From NCBI RefSeq assembly GCF_044324875.1, contig NZ_CP172186.1: a DNA stretch of 64,000 nucleotides, one strand, 5' to 3'. The DNA comes from Escherichia coli (GTDB lineage Bacteria; Pseudomonadota; Gammaproteobacteria; Enterobacterales; Enterobacteriaceae). A program made the position numbers and the translations under genes. The notes beneath the pieces are model-generated. The model had not been told where the DNA came from, did no database searches, and saw only the letters and a list, made by a program, of their open reading frames with translations. This document shows, in pieces, positions 38,921-49,783 of the stretch (position 1 is its first letter; each line of letters opens with the position of its first letter).

Positions 38921-41581
38921 GTGCGCCGTTGAAGCGCGGTGTTTTATGGAGTGTTGCCTGAAAAGCAACATGGCTTAGTGGTATAGCCATTGCATACTGT
39001 GGTTAGCCTTGCTTGGTAACAGGCTCGGAGATCCTGAAAAGGAGAGGTGAACATAGCATCCACAGAAAAGGGTGGTGAATATGGAAATCGTTATAAGTAT
39101 CACCATTCAATGCAAGATGTATATGGATAAACTGGGTTTGTTGAAGTCGAGATCTATGTGGGAAACAGGAAACCAATAACGCAGAACGATTGAAGCGTTA
39201 TTCCCGTACTAGCACAAGAAATCCGTCCGACGTTGATTGTGACCACTCTAACGGGCCAGCTATTGATGAAATAGTTAAACGATCGAAAGACATCCTAAGT
39301 ACATCGCATCTCCACACCGTGAAACTACGGGACTACCTAAACTGGATTTATACCCAGCATGGTAGCGGAGTCTCCATAGTACTCAAGGTCGGCCTGTAAT
39401 GGGTTCCGGCAGTCCGCATTATACGGAAGCAGCAAAGGTATAAATCAACCGGAAGGAAGATGAAAGCCTCACAGTGCTGCGGGGAAGGGAGACAGTTGTT
39501 AGATACATCAATCTCTAAGAGGAGGGTTAGCCAATGCTGCCTGATGAACTTGAGAAAAGATTAGATGGAATTGAGGATGCTTCAAAAAAAGGGTATCCAG
39601 TACGTAATCTATACAAAATTGCGTGTGAGCCCGGACTGTGGCTGCAAGCCTACGTGAATATACGGGCCAATGCAGGTGCACTGACTCAAGGTGTATCAAC
39701 AGATACCATTGATGGCTTTTCTATCGAAAGAGCAGAGAAGCTGGCAAAAACATTGCGGAGTAGAGAATACGTAGCGAAACCTGTACGCAGAGTTCAGATC
39801 CCAAAAAAGGACGGAAAAACCAGACCGCTGGGGATTCCAGGTGGAGACGATAAACTGGCGCAAGAAGTAGCAAGAATTATTCTGGAAAGGGTTTATGAAC
39901 CAGTATTCTCTGAACACTCTCATGGATTCAGACCAAAACGTTCGTGTGAAACTGCGCTCAGATCTATTCGTCCAGTCTGGAACGGAGTTAAATGGATCGT
40001 GGATGTTGATATCAAAGGTTTCTTTGACAATATCCCCCACAAACTATTGCTGAATACACTGGCAGAGAAAATTAAGGATAAGAATTTCCTGAAATTAATC
40101 GAACAGTGGCTGAAGGCAGGATATGTGGACAATTGGAAATACCATCGCTCATATTCTGGCACGCCACAAGGTGGGATAATTTCTCCCTTACTGGCAAATA
40201 TATACCTCGACAAACTGGACCGTTTTGTAGAACAGAATTTAATTCCTGCATATACAAGCGGTACAAAACGAAGAGCGAATCCAGATATGAACAGGCTGGC
40301 CCATAAGATTCATAAACTACGAAAGAAAGTAGACGGTATGGCAACTGATTCTGAATCAGAAAAAGAAGCCATAAAGAAAGAAATTGAACGACTGCTTGAA
40401 GAAAAACGTTCTATACCATCTCAGGTCATGAACGATCCAAACTTCAGGCGTATGTACTATGTTCGATATGCTGATGACTTCGTAATCGGTGTCATCGGCT
40501 CGAAGAAAGATGCTGAACATATATCAAGACAGGTCAGAAACTTTATTACTACTTCACTGGGATTGGAAGTTAATGAAGCAAAGACCAGGATCCGCCATAT
40601 CTCAGAAGGAGTTAATTTTTTAGGCTATGAAATCAGACAGGCAGATGCAAAGAAATTGCTGAAGCAGAAAATGCAAGGGCGGCACGCTCTCCGGAGATCC
40701 ACCACAGGAATTGTGCAGCTCTTCGTTCCTGACAATATAGCCGCTAAATTTTGTCACCAAAAGAAATATGGCTGTTATGAGAATGTGAAGGCTGTACATC
40801 GTTCAAGTCTACAAAATCTCAGTGAAGCTGAAATTGTTCTGACTTTCAACGCGGAAATGCGCGGATTGGCGAACTACTACAGTCTGGCGCTGGACATGAA
40901 ATATAAATTATCAAAATTATATTTCATATGGCAAATAAGCCTTTTTAAGACCCTGGCGAATAAACGACGTAGTTCAGTGAATAAAGTCGCCAAATCGCTA
41001 CGGCAAAATAATGGAGATCTGGCTATTACCGTTCAGGCCAAAAATGGATCCCGAAAGATTGAGGTTTTCAAACTCAAACATGTCAATCGCAACCGAACAA
41101 CGATTGTCGATACGGAACCGAGAACCGCACATATCACAACCCGCACAACAGAGATCATGCGTCGATTAGGGGCAAGGATCTGCGAGTATTGTGCGAAGAC
41201 TGGGCGCTGCGAAGTACATCATGTCAGAAAGCTAAAAGACCTGAAGAAAGGTCGTAAGGCCGGATATAAACCCAGCTTGTGGCAACTAATGATGATCGCA
41301 CGCCGCCGGAAAACGATGATTTTGTGCGCAAGTTGCCACGACAAGTTACATAGCGGAAAACTACCCGATTTGAGACAGGAAAAGGGAAGAATACTCCTGC
41401 AACCACCTGTCTCAAGCGGGGATTCTGCTAAATGAGTTTATCCCCAATAAGCTAGCAATGGAGAGCCGTATGCACTGAAAGGTGCACGTACGGTTCGGAG
41501 GGGGGGTAACGGTGATCTAACTCAAGATAAGCAGGACATATTCGCCATTTATCTTGAAAGACCACACGTACCCTACCCTAC
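38921..41581 (+). mobile_element. Group II intron (2661 bp) inserted in ssb
   Basis: 5' GTGCG, 3' ...AC; domain V-like hairpin GAGCCGTATGCACTGAAAGGTGCACGTACGGTTC at about 41462; encodes RT/maturase/HNH protein; flanking exons splice in frame. Confidence 0.85.
39534..41435 (+). CDS. Group II intron-encoded protein (reverse transcriptase - maturase - HNH endonuclease)
   Basis: 633 aa; RT motifs incl. YADDFVIGV; C-terminal HNH CEYC...HHV...CASCHDKLH. Confidence 0.9.
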   Translation: MLPDELEKRLDGIEDASKKGYPVRNLYKIACEPGLWLQAYVNIRANAGALTQGVSTDTIDGFSIERAEKLAKTLRSREYVAKPVRRVQIPKKDGKTRPLGIPGGDDKLAQEVARIILERVYEPVFSEHSHGFRPKRSCETALRSIRPVWNGVKWIVDVDIKGFFDNIPHKLLLNTLAEKIKDKNFLKLIEQWLKAGYVDNWKYHRSYSGTPQGGIISPLLANIYLDKLDRFVEQNLIPAYTSGTKRRANPDMNRLAHKIHKLRKKVDGMATDSESEKEAIKKEIERLLEEKRSIPSQVMNDPNFRRMYYVRYADDFVIGVIGSKKDAEHISRQVRNFITTSLGLEVNEAKTRIRHISEGVNFLGYEIRQADAKKLLKQKMQGRHALRRSTTGIVQLFVPDNIAAKFCHQKKYGCYENVKAVHRSSLQNLSEAEIVLTFNAEMRGLANYYSLALDMKYKLSKLYFIWQISLFKTLANKRRSSVNKVAKSLRQNNGDLAITVQAKNGSRKIEVFKLKHVNRNRTTIVDTEPRTAHITTRTTEIMRRLGARICEYCAKTGRCEVHHVRKLKDLKKGRKAGYKPSLWQLMMIARRRKTMILCASCHDKLHSGKLPDLRQEKGRILLQPPVSSGDSAK

Positions 41582-42064
41582 CGTCTGGGCAATGATCCGG
41601 AAGTCTGTTACATCCCCAACGGGGGCGCAGTGGCAAACCTGCAGGTCGCCACGTCAGAAAGCTGGCGCGACAAACAGACGGGGGAGATGCGGGAGCAGAC
41701 GGAATGGCACCGCGTGGTGCTGTTCGGCAAGCTCGCGGAAGTGGCTGGTGAATATCTGCGCAAGGGCGCGCAGGTCTACATCGAGGGGCAACTCCGTACC
41801 CGTAGCTGGGAGGATAACGGTATCACCCGTTACGTCACTGAAATTCTTGTTAAGACCACGGGCACCATGCAGATGCTGGGGAGTGCACCACAGCAGAACG
41901 CTCAGGCGCAACCGAAGCCTCAGCAGAATGGGCAGCCACAGAGTGCTGACGCGACGAAAAAAGGTGGCGCGAAAACGAAAGGCCGTGGACGTAAGGCCGC
42001 GCAGCCGGAGCCTCAGCAGCCGTCTGAACCCGCGTATGACTTCGATGACGACATTCCGTTCTAA
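41582..42064 (+). CDS. ssb: ssb exon 2 (plasmid single-stranded DNA-binding protein, codons 14-173)
   Basis: [35 protein letters not shown]...DDDIPF (acidic C-terminal tail). Confidence 0.85.
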   Translation, partial: RLGNDPEVCYIPNGGAVANLQVATSESWRDKQTGEMREQTEWHRVVLFGKLAEVAGEYLRKGAQVYIEGQLRTRSWEDNGITRYVTEILVKTTGTMQMLGSAPQQNAQAQPKPQQNGQPQSADATKKGGAKTKGRGRKAAQPEPQQPSEPAYDFDDDIPF

Positions 42065-42119
42065 CGAAAGACAGTGACAACCGCCCCGTCCAGTGCGGGG
42101 CATCACCGGAGAGATGAGG

Positions 42120-42353
42120 ATGAGCGAATATTTCAGAATACTTCAGGGACTGCCTGACGGTCCTTTTACCCGCAAACATGCCGAAGCCGTTGCCGCACAG
42201 TACCGGAATGTCTTTATCGAGGATGATCAGGGAACGCATTTTCGCCTGGTTGTCCGCAATAACAGTGGCCTGGTCTGGCGTACCTGGAATTTTGAGGACG
42301 GTGCCGGGTACTGGATGAACCATGCCATCCGTGATTTCGGCATTCTTAAGTAA
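42120..42353 (+). CDS. Hypothetical small leading-region protein
   Basis: 77 aa from ATG 42120 ([10 protein letters not shown]...). Confidence 0.55.
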   Translation: MSEYFRILQGLPDGPFTRKHAEAVAAQYRNVFIEDDQGTHFRLVVRNNSGLVWRTWNFEDGAGYWMNHAIRDFGILK

Positions 42354-42416
42354 GAGAGGTGCCGGACGGGAACGCGTCCGGCAGACATACAACCATCCCG
42401 GTCAAAGGAGAAATAT

Positions 42417-44375
42417 ATGTCAGTTACAGAGTCTAAGACAAAAACGGAGCGTAAATCCAGCCGTAAACCTGCAAAAACGCAGGAAACCGTCCTGTCAGCC
42501 CTGCTGGCGCAGACGGAGGAAGTGAGCGTGCCGCTGGCCTCGCTGATTAAATCACCGCTGAATGTGCGCACGGTGCCGTATTCTGCGGAGTCTGTCAGCG
42601 AACTGGCGGACTCCATTAAAGGTGTCGGCCTGTTACAGAATCTGGTTGTTCATGCCCTGCCAGGTGACCGTTACGGTGTCGCCGCAGGCGGTCGCCGACT
42701 GGCTGCACTCAACATGCTGGCAGAGCGTGGCATCCTTACGGCTGACTGGCCTGTACGCGTGAAGGTTATTCCGCAGGAGCTGGCGACTGCCGCATCAATG
42801 ACTGAAAACGGTCATCGTCGGGATATGCACCCTGCTGAACAGATCGCCGGATTCCGCGCAATGGCGCAGGAAGGCAAAACACCTGAGCAGACTGGCGACC
42901 TGCTGGGCTATTCACCCCGCCACGTCCAGCGAATGCTGAAACTGGCAGACCTTGCACCCGTCATCCTTGATGCGCTGGCAGAAGACCGCATCACCACCGA
43001 ACACTGTCAGGCGCTGGCGCTGGAGAACGACACCGCGCGTCAGGTGCAGGTGTTTGAAGCCGCCTGCCAGTCAGGATGGGGCGGTAAACCGGATGTGCGG
43101 GTTATCCGCAACCTGATTACCGAAAGTGAAGTGGCGGTGGCGGGGAACAGTAAATTCCGCTTCGTGGGGGCTGATGCCTTCTCGCCAGACGAACTGCGCA
43201 CCGATTTGTTCAGCGATGACGGGGACGGTTATGTCGACCGCGTGGCGCTCGATGCCGCCCTGCTGGAAAAACTCCAGGCTGTCGCTGAACACCTTCGGGA
43301 AGCCGAAGGCTGGGAATGGTGCGCCGGGCGCATGGAGCCTGTCGGTGAGTGCCGTGAGGATGCCGGAACATACCGCTGTCTGCCGGAGCCGGAAGCGGTG
43401 CTGACGGAGGCGGAATACGAACGCCTGAACGAACTGATGACGCGTTACGACGCGCTGGAAAACCAGTGTGAGGAATCCGACCTGCTGGAAGCAGAAATGA
43501 AGCTGATGCGCTGCATGGCGAAGGTCAGAGCGTGGACGCCGGAGATACGTGCCGGAAGCGGTGTGGTGGTGTCCTGGCGTTATGGCAACGTATGTGTCCA
43601 GCGTGGTGTGCAGTTGCGCAGTGAAGATGACGCGACTGACGACGCTGACCGCACGGAACAGGTGCAGGAGAAAGCGTCAGTGGAGGAAATCAGCCTGCCG
43701 TTGCTGACGAAAATGTCCTCAGAGCGCACGCTGGCAGTCCAGGCGGCACTCATGCAGCAGCCGGACAAATCCCTGACACTGCTGGCATGGACGCTCTGCC
43801 TGAATGTGTTTGGCAGCGGGGCGTACAGTAAACCAGCACAAATCAGCCTGGAATGTGAACATTATTCGCTGACCAGCGATGCGCCATCGGGGAAGGAAGG
43901 TGCCGCATTCATGGCGCTGATGGCAGAAAAATCCCGTCTTGCAGCCCTGCTGCCGGAGGGATGGTCACGGGACATGACGACATTCCTGTCCCTCAGTCAG
44001 GAGGTGCTGTTATCCCTGCTCAGTTTCTGCACCGCATGCAGCCTTAACGGTGTCCAGACCCGTGAGTGTGGTCACACGTCACGCAGTCCGCTTGACTCGC
44101 TGGAAATCGCTATCGGATTCCACATGCGCGACTGGTGGCAGCCGACAAAAGCAAACTTCTTCGGACACCTGAAAAAGCCACAAATTATCGCAGCCCTGAA
44201 TGAGGCCGGACTGTCCGGTGCCGCACGGGACGCGGAGAAGATGAAGAAAGGTGATGCGGCTGAACATGCAGAGCACCATATGAAAGACAACCGCTGGGTT
44301 CCAGGCTGGATGTGTGCACCACATCCACAGACAGATGCCACTGAACGCACCGATAACCTGACTGATGCCGCCTGA
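42417..44375 (+). CDS. ParB-like nuclease-domain protein of plasmid leading regions
   Basis: 652 aa; N-terminal ParB/Srx-like region (..GLLQNLVVHALPGDRYGVAAGGRRLAAL..). Confidence 0.7.
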   Translation: MSVTESKTKTERKSSRKPAKTQETVLSALLAQTEEVSVPLASLIKSPLNVRTVPYSAESVSELADSIKGVGLLQNLVVHALPGDRYGVAAGGRRLAALNMLAERGILTADWPVRVKVIPQELATAASMTENGHRRDMHPAEQIAGFRAMAQEGKTPEQTGDLLGYSPRHVQRMLKLADLAPVILDALAEDRITTEHCQALALENDTARQVQVFEAACQSGWGGKPDVRVIRNLITESEVAVAGNSKFRFVGADAFSPDELRTDLFSDDGDGYVDRVALDAALLEKLQAVAEHLREAEGWEWCAGRMEPVGECREDAGTYRCLPEPEAVLTEAEYERLNELMTRYDALENQCEESDLLEAEMKLMRCMAKVRAWTPEIRAGSGVVVSWRYGNVCVQRGVQLRSEDDATDDADRTEQVQEKASVEEISLPLLTKMSSERTLAVQAALMQQPDKSLTLLAWTLCLNVFGSGAYSKPAQISLECEHYSLTSDAPSGKEGAAFMALMAEKSRLAALLPEGWSRDMTTFLSLSQEVLLSLLSFCTACSLNGVQTRECGHTSRSPLDSLEIAIGFHMRDWWQPTKANFFGHLKKPQIIAALNEAGLSGAARDAEKMKKGDAAEHAEHHMKDNRWVPGWMCAPHPQTDATERTDNLTDAA

Positions 44376-44426
44376 TGAACAACCACACCGCCCCGCCGGA
44401 GACGGGGCGGCAGCAAGGGAGATACC

Positions 44427-44864
44427 GTGATGAAAACTGAACTGACCCTGAATGCCCTGCAGTCCATGAACGCACAGGAATATGAAGATATCCGTGCTGC
44501 GGGAAGCGATATGCGCCGTAATCTCACTCACGAGGTGATGCGTGAAGTGGACGCACCGGCTAACTGGATGATGAATGGCGAGTATGGCAGTGAGTTCGGG
44601 GGCTTTTTCCCCGTCCAGGTTCGTTTCACGCCAGCCCACGAACGTTTCCACCTGGCATTATGTTCGCCGGGAGACGTCTCTCAGCTCTGGATGCTGGTTC
44701 TGGTGAGTGGTGGTGGACAGCCTTTCGCCGTCGTTCAGGTGCAACATATCTTCACGCCTGTCGCGATCAGTCACACGCTGGCGCTCGCCGCGACACTTGA
44801 TGCGCAGGGATACAGTGTTAACGACATCATTCATATTTTGATGGCAGAAGGAGGTCAGGCATGA
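44427..44864 (+). CDS. psiB: PsiB (plasmid SOS inhibition protein B)
   Basis: About 145 aa; stop TGA overlaps the psiA ATG (ATGA at 44861-44864). Confidence 0.8.
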   Translation: MMKTELTLNALQSMNAQEYEDIRAAGSDMRRNLTHEVMREVDAPANWMMNGEYGSEFGGFFPVQVRFTPAHERFHLALCSPGDVSQLWMLVLVSGGGQPFAVVQVQHIFTPVAISHTLALAATLDAQGYSVNDIIHILMAEGGQA

Positions 44865-44990
44865 GCGCATGCAAAATGGCATCTGAATCGATCGCAGTTT
44901 GGCATTCGAATCGATCATGATTTGGCATCCATCTCCGATCACAGTTTGGCATCACAATCGATCACGATTTGGCATGCTTCCGATCATTGA

Positions 44991-46637
44991 TTGGCATCCT
45001 GCCAGTCACTCCGGGAATTAACTCTTTTCACCACAGTCTCCATTGCCGTGTTTAAACCAGTGGAGACGTCAATGTCCAGAAAGAGAAAATCCAGGAGCAC
45101 TATGGAAACCTGTTTTAAGATCCTTCAGCTCAAGTTCGACAAGAAGCTGACTAACCGTTGTATCGGACTGACGTTACACATCAGCGCCTCAACCGTTTTT
45201 GAGGTTCTTGCCCGCTTCAAAGCCTCTTCTCTGTCATGGCCATTACCTGCTGATATATCCCATGACACGCTGGAGAAACTCATTTTTCCGCCCAAAGACA
45301 CCTTTGCATCAGAGCTTGTAATGCCTGACATGTTGTACTTCGATACGGAAATGAGAAAACCAGGTGTGACGCGGCAACTGTTGTGGATGGAATACAAGGC
45401 ACAGGCGGGTAACAAAGCGATGGGATACTCGCACTTCTGCCGTTGCTACCGGGAGTGGAAAAAAACGCGACGTCTCTCCATGCGCCAGGAGCATCGTGCC
45501 GGCGAAAAGCTTTTTATCGACTTCTGTGGTCCTACGGTTCCTGTTATTAATCCGGACACCGGTGAGATACGCCGCGTGGCAATCTTCGTGGCCGTAATGG
45601 GGGCGTCCAACTATACCTACGTTGAAGCGTGCGAAGGTCAGGACATGATGTCATGGTTAAATGCCCACAGCCGTTGCCTGACCTTCCTGGGCGGCGTACC
45701 GAAGCTGCTCATCCCCGATAACCTCAGAAGCGCAGTGAAAAAGGCCGATCGATATGAGCCTGTCATCAACGACAGTTATCAGGCACTGGCTGAGCACTAT
45801 GGCACGGTTATCATCCCGGCCCGACCACGCAAACCTAAAGATAAACCAAAAGCAGAAAACGGCGTCCTCATCGTTGAACGATGGCTTCTTGCCCGCATCC
45901 GTAATGAAACCTTCCACACGCTCAGGGCGCTGAATGCGCGCCTTAGGGAGTTACTGACAGACATGAATAACCGGCCAATGAAGGGGTACGGCAATCAAAC
46001 CCGTGCAGAACGCTTCCGCATACTGGATGCGCCAGCACTCTCTCCGCTGCCTCTGGCACCTTATGAATACACGGAATACAAAGCTGTGAAGGTTGGCCCT
46101 GACTACCACGTTGAATATGCCCGTCACTGGTACTCCGTTCCACACGAACTGGTCGGTCAGCGTCTGTCACTGAAGGCGGGGCAGTCGGTGGTACAGCTCT
46201 GGCACAAGGGGCAGTGTGTGGCGCAACATCCGCGCAGCACACATGAATATAAACACACAACCAATCCGCTTCACATGCCAGAGCGCCACCGGCAGCACGG
46301 GACATGGACACCGGAACGCCTGATCGAGCAGGGAAAACGTACGGGCCCGTCCACAGGCCGGGTGGTTGAATCCATGCTGAAGGCAAAACCCCATCCGGAA
46401 CTGGCTTATCGTGCAGTTCTGGGGCTGCTGGCACTTCAGAAAAAATACGGCCCGGAACGGCTGGAAAAGGCCTGTTACGTTGCCCTGCACTATAACGCCC
46501 CTGACAGACGCTTTATCGACAATCTGCTGCGTCACCATCGGGAGAACCTGGAGCTTCCATTATCCCGCCAGGGCGAACAACATCCGGCATATGCTTCAGA
46601 GCATGAAAACCTGCGTGGTCCGGGCTACTACCACTGA
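44991..46637 (+). CDS. istA: IS21-family transposase IstA (start codon uncertain)
   Basis: N-terminal HTH, DDE core (tracked ORF 548 aa). Confidence 0.85.
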   Translation: MASCQSLRELTLFTTVSIAVFKPVETSMSRKRKSRSTMETCFKILQLKFDKKLTNRCIGLTLHISASTVFEVLARFKASSLSWPLPADISHDTLEKLIFPPKDTFASELVMPDMLYFDTEMRKPGVTRQLLWMEYKAQAGNKAMGYSHFCRCYREWKKTRRLSMRQEHRAGEKLFIDFCGPTVPVINPDTGEIRRVAIFVAVMGASNYTYVEACEGQDMMSWLNAHSRCLTFLGGVPKLLIPDNLRSAVKKADRYEPVINDSYQALAEHYGTVIIPARPRKPKDKPKAENGVLIVERWLLARIRNETFHTLRALNARLRELLTDMNNRPMKGYGNQTRAERFRILDAPALSPLPLAPYEYTEYKAVKVGPDYHVEYARHWYSVPHELVGQRLSLKAGQSVVQLWHKGQCVAQHPRSTHEYKHTTNPLHMPERHRQHGTWTPERLIEQGKRTGPSTGRVVESMLKAKPHPELAYRAVLGLLALQKKYGPERLEKACYVALHYNAPDRRFIDNLLRHHRENLELPLSRQGEQHPAYASEHENLRGPGYYH

Positions 46638-46653
46638 CAGAAGGAACAACAGT

Positions 46654-47409
46654 ATGAGTGATAACCTGTTAAACAAACTGACCCAACTGAAACTCCCGGC
46701 GATGGCCGGGAGCCTGATACGGCAGCGGGAAACGCCTCAGACCTACGACGAACTGTCGTTCGAGGAAAGGCTGACGCTGCTGGTTGATGACGAGCTTCTG
46801 AGCAGGGAAAACAGCCGTGTGGCACGGTTGAGAAAAAATGCCGGCCTGAAATACCAGGCAACACCGGAAGGGCTGCGCTATCCGGCCTCAAGAGGTCTGC
46901 GGGCTGAACAGATGAGAGAACTGCTGAACGGCCACTACATAACCCACAGGAAAAACCTGCTGATAACCGGTCCGACAGGATGTGGCAAGAGCTGGATAGC
47001 CAATGCGCTGGGCGAACAGGCATGTCGACAGAAACACAGCGTCCGGTACTGTAGAACCGGGCGATTACTGGAACAACTGGCTCAGGGACGTGTTGATGGC
47101 AGCTGGCTGAAATATCTGAAACAGTTGCAAAAAATACAGGTTCTAATCCTGGACGATCTGGGGCTGGAACAGTTAAGTAACGCCCAGTGTAATGACCTTC
47201 TGGAGCTCATAGAGGATCGTTACGGACAAAGCAGCACGATAGTGGTAAGCCAGTTCCCGGTAGATAAATGGCATGGTCTGATGGAGAACCCAACAACAGC
47301 AGATGCCATCCTGGACAGACTGGTACATAACTCACACCGAGTGGTCCTTCAGGGAGAGTCACTGAGGAAAAATCCCCCGGTAGTGGAAAGCAGCGAAAAA
47401 ACGCGTTAA
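46654..47409 (+). CDS. istB: IS21-family helper ATPase IstB
   Basis: 251 aa; Walker A GPTGCGKS, Walker B VLILDDLG. Confidence 0.9.
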   Translation: MSDNLLNKLTQLKLPAMAGSLIRQRETPQTYDELSFEERLTLLVDDELLSRENSRVARLRKNAGLKYQATPEGLRYPASRGLRAEQMRELLNGHYITHRKNLLITGPTGCGKSWIANALGEQACRQKHSVRYCRTGRLLEQLAQGRVDGSWLKYLKQLQKIQVLILDDLGLEQLSNAQCNDLLELIEDRYGQSSTIVVSQFPVDKWHGLMENPTTADAILDRLVHNSHRVVLQGESLRKNPPVVESSEKTR

Positions 47410-47508
47410 AAAGCGGTAGAAAAAGTTAAGTTCCCGGTTGATCGAATGGATGCGAATCGCTGATCGGACTTCGATGCCAATCCGTGATCGAATAGAGCGG
47501 AATACGCA

Positions 47509-48225
47509 AGCGCACGTTCACGGGCACTGATCCCCCTCAGCGCAGAACAACAGGCCGCTATGCAGGCTGTGGCTGTCACCGAACAACGTCGTCGTCAGGG
47601 ACGCACACTTTCAGCATGGCCTTATGCCACCGCTTTCTTTCGCTGCCTGAATGGCAGTCGCCGGATTTCGCTGACCGATCTCCGCTTTTTTGCCCCTGCG
47701 CTGACGAAGGAGGAATTTCATGGCAACCGTCTCCTGTGGCTGGCTGCAGTGGACAAACTGATTGAAAGTTTTGGTGAAGTCTGTGTTCTTCCCCTGCCAT
47801 CCGATGCGGGGCATCGTTTGTTCCCGTCCGTTCCTTTTCGTGAAGGTGAGCGGCGTCGTCAGAAAACCACGCTGACAGAGCAGAAATACAGCCGCCAGCG
47901 GGAACGTGAGGCAGAACGACGGGAACGGGAATACCAGACATGTTTTGCTCAGGCGCAGATTGACCTTGCGTTTCATACTCCCGCCACGGTCGGAAGCTGG
48001 TTGTCCCGCTGGTCTGGTGTTGTTGAGGAGCATGATCTGGAAACGATTTTCTGGGGGTGGTGCGGGCGTTTTCCATCACTGTCATCATTTGACCGGTTTT
48101 TCTGGCAGGAGGAACCACTCTGGCGGTTGATTTTTGAAGCCGGTGAGGCCGGTCGTGGTGCACCGGTACAGGTACGTGCACTTGAGCAGTGGATGATCCC
48201 GAACAAGCTGGAGAACGTAATATGA
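47509..48225 (+). pseudogene. psiA: psiA, disrupted after codon 3 by the IS21-family element (an N-truncated product from ATG 47560 remains possible)
   Basis: ATG AGC GCA at 44861-44869 then IS; frame resumes SARSLAIPLSAEQQAAMQAV... Confidence 0.75.
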
Positions 48226-48818
48226 TGAAATCAGACGAAAAATACCAGGTTCCCGCGTGGATGCGACCTCTGTTGCCGTTGCTCTGCAACACCGGGGAGA
48301 ACGATCCGGAAGAACTGCTGAATGATACAGAAACCACTGCCAGTGCGAATGTTGTCCGTTATGTGCTGATAGTTGCTGTGCGGTCGCAGGTTGATCTGCT
48401 GCAGCTTCTGTACAGGAAAGGGCTGTTGCGCACAGAGATACCAGGTGGCTTTTCACCGGAAGAAGCGCAGGAACTCCTGGATAATCTGGTGCGCAGCCAT
48501 ATCAGCAGGGCGCTGTCGGGTGAGCGAATGGCAGCCCGTGACAGGAATGCCGATCTGGCCTGGATTCGACAGCAACTGGTCGATGCCGCCTGGTTTGTCC
48601 GTGCCACACTGGAAGCGCATGGGATGAGCGTCGGAAATGAGAGTCCCCCTGCTCAGCCGGAGACAATGCCGGACATACAGACACGGGAACTGGTGATGTT
48701 GATCAAGCGACTGGCATCATCGCTGAAAGCGGTGAAACCGGACAGTTGTGTGGTGCGTGAAGCGCAGGACTGGCTGCGCGACAGAAAACTTGTGAGCATC
48801 ACGGATGTTCTTCGGTGA
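48222..48818 (+). CDS. Hypothetical leading-region protein
   Basis: 198 aa from ATG 48222. Confidence 0.55.
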   Translation: MMKSDEKYQVPAWMRPLLPLLCNTGENDPEELLNDTETTASANVVRYVLIVAVRSQVDLLQLLYRKGLLRTEIPGGFSPEEAQELLDNLVRSHISRALSGERMAARDRNADLAWIRQQLVDAAWFVRATLEAHGMSVGNESPPAQPETMPDIQTRELVMLIKRLASSLKAVKPDSCVVREAQDWLRDRKLVSITDVLR

Positions 48819-48926
48819 ACCAGTGGAGGTATGCTTGAGGAGCAGGGACATGCCGGCCATGATCGTTTCGTTCCAGGGGTGGTCTGGAGATCATGCGGCG
48901 TGTCCTCTGCACTCGCCGGAATAAGG

Positions 48927-49265
48927 ACGTCGCCGCCGGCTCCGCTTTTACCCGGCCATGCGGGGCATGGCCTTGTGGGTTTTCAGCTCTGTGGCCTCAG
49001 CGTCGTGTGCGGGCTGTGCCGTGCCTCCATCGTAGCCGGGCTTCTGCGGGCGGGATGCAAGGTAAGATGAACCGCTGCGGTCACCCGGTCCCTCCTTCCC
49101 GTCTGCCGTGATTTTCCGGTCGTTCACCCGCTCAGATTTCGCGGTCTCACCCTCCAACTCCCGTCAGCCGTGCGCGTCGGGCTGCGGCTTTCCTTGCGCC
49201 CTTGCATCCCTGCAGGCCCGGCAAAGATGGAGGCACGGCACCGCCCGGTGTCGCAGAACATGTGA
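48927..49265 (+). repeat. GC-rich direct repeat family A, copy 2 (upstream of ardA)
   Basis: Near-identical to 36691-37030. Confidence 0.6.
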
Positions 49266-49282
49266 CTATGGAGGATTCGGGA

Positions 49283-49783
49283 ATGTCTGTTGTTGCACCT
49301 GCTGTATACGTTGGAACCTGGCACAAATATAACTGCGGAAGCATCGCCGGCCGCTGGTTTGACCTGACCACGTTTGATGATGAACGCGATTTTTTCGCCG
49401 CCTGCCGTGCCCTTCACCAGGATGAAACCGATCCGGAACTGATGTTTCAGGATTATGAGGGTTTCCCGGGGAATATGGCCTCTGAATGTCATATCAACTG
49501 GGCCTGGGTTGAAGGCTTCCGCCGGGCACGGGATGAAGGCTGCGAAGAGGCTTATCGTCTCTGGGTGGATGATACCGGTGAGACGGATTTTGACAGCTTC
49601 CGCGATGCCTGGTGGGGCGAGGCTGACAGTGAGGAGGCTTTTGCGGTTGAGTTCGTCAGTGATACCGGCCTGCTGGCTGACGTGCCGGAGACGGTGGCGC
49701 TCTATTTTGACTATGAGGCGTATGCGCGGGATTTATTCCTGGACTCCTTCACCTTTATTGACGGTCATGTGTTCCGTCGGTGA
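49283..49783 (+). CDS. ardA: ArdA antirestriction protein (DNA mimic)
   Basis: MSVVAPAVYVGTWHKYNCGSIAGRWFDL...; 166 aa, very acidic; GGAGGA RBS. Confidence 0.85.
   Translation: MSVVAPAVYVGTWHKYNCGSIAGRWFDLTTFDDERDFFAACRALHQDETDPELMFQDYEGFPGNMASECHINWAWVEGFRRARDEGCEEAYRLWVDDTGETDFDSFRDAWWGEADSEEAFAVEFVSDTGLLADVPETVALYFDYEAYARDLFLDSFTFIDGHVFRR

Larger units (their letters stand above)
44870..47508 (+). mobile_element. IS21-family insertion sequence (istA-istB) inserted after codon 3 of psiA; 5-6 bp TSD (AGCGCA)
   Basis: Ends TGCAAAATGGC... / ...GGAATACGCA with multiple subterminal TTTGGCAT-N-GATC repeats; AGCGCA at 44864-44869 and 47509-47514. Confidence 0.8.

Noticed and set aside
38288-38971. 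227-aa minus-strand ORF upstream of ssb
   Set aside because: Lies within GC-rich repeat family B; the same sequence recurs upstream of other genes and is better explained as a structured regulatory repeat.
44880-44990. Short direct repeats (TTTGGCAT...GATC) resembling a mini repeat array
   Set aside because: Irregular spacing and no spacers; they sit at the terminus of the IS21-family element and mirror repeats at its other end, so they are transposase-binding subterminal repeats, not CRISPR.
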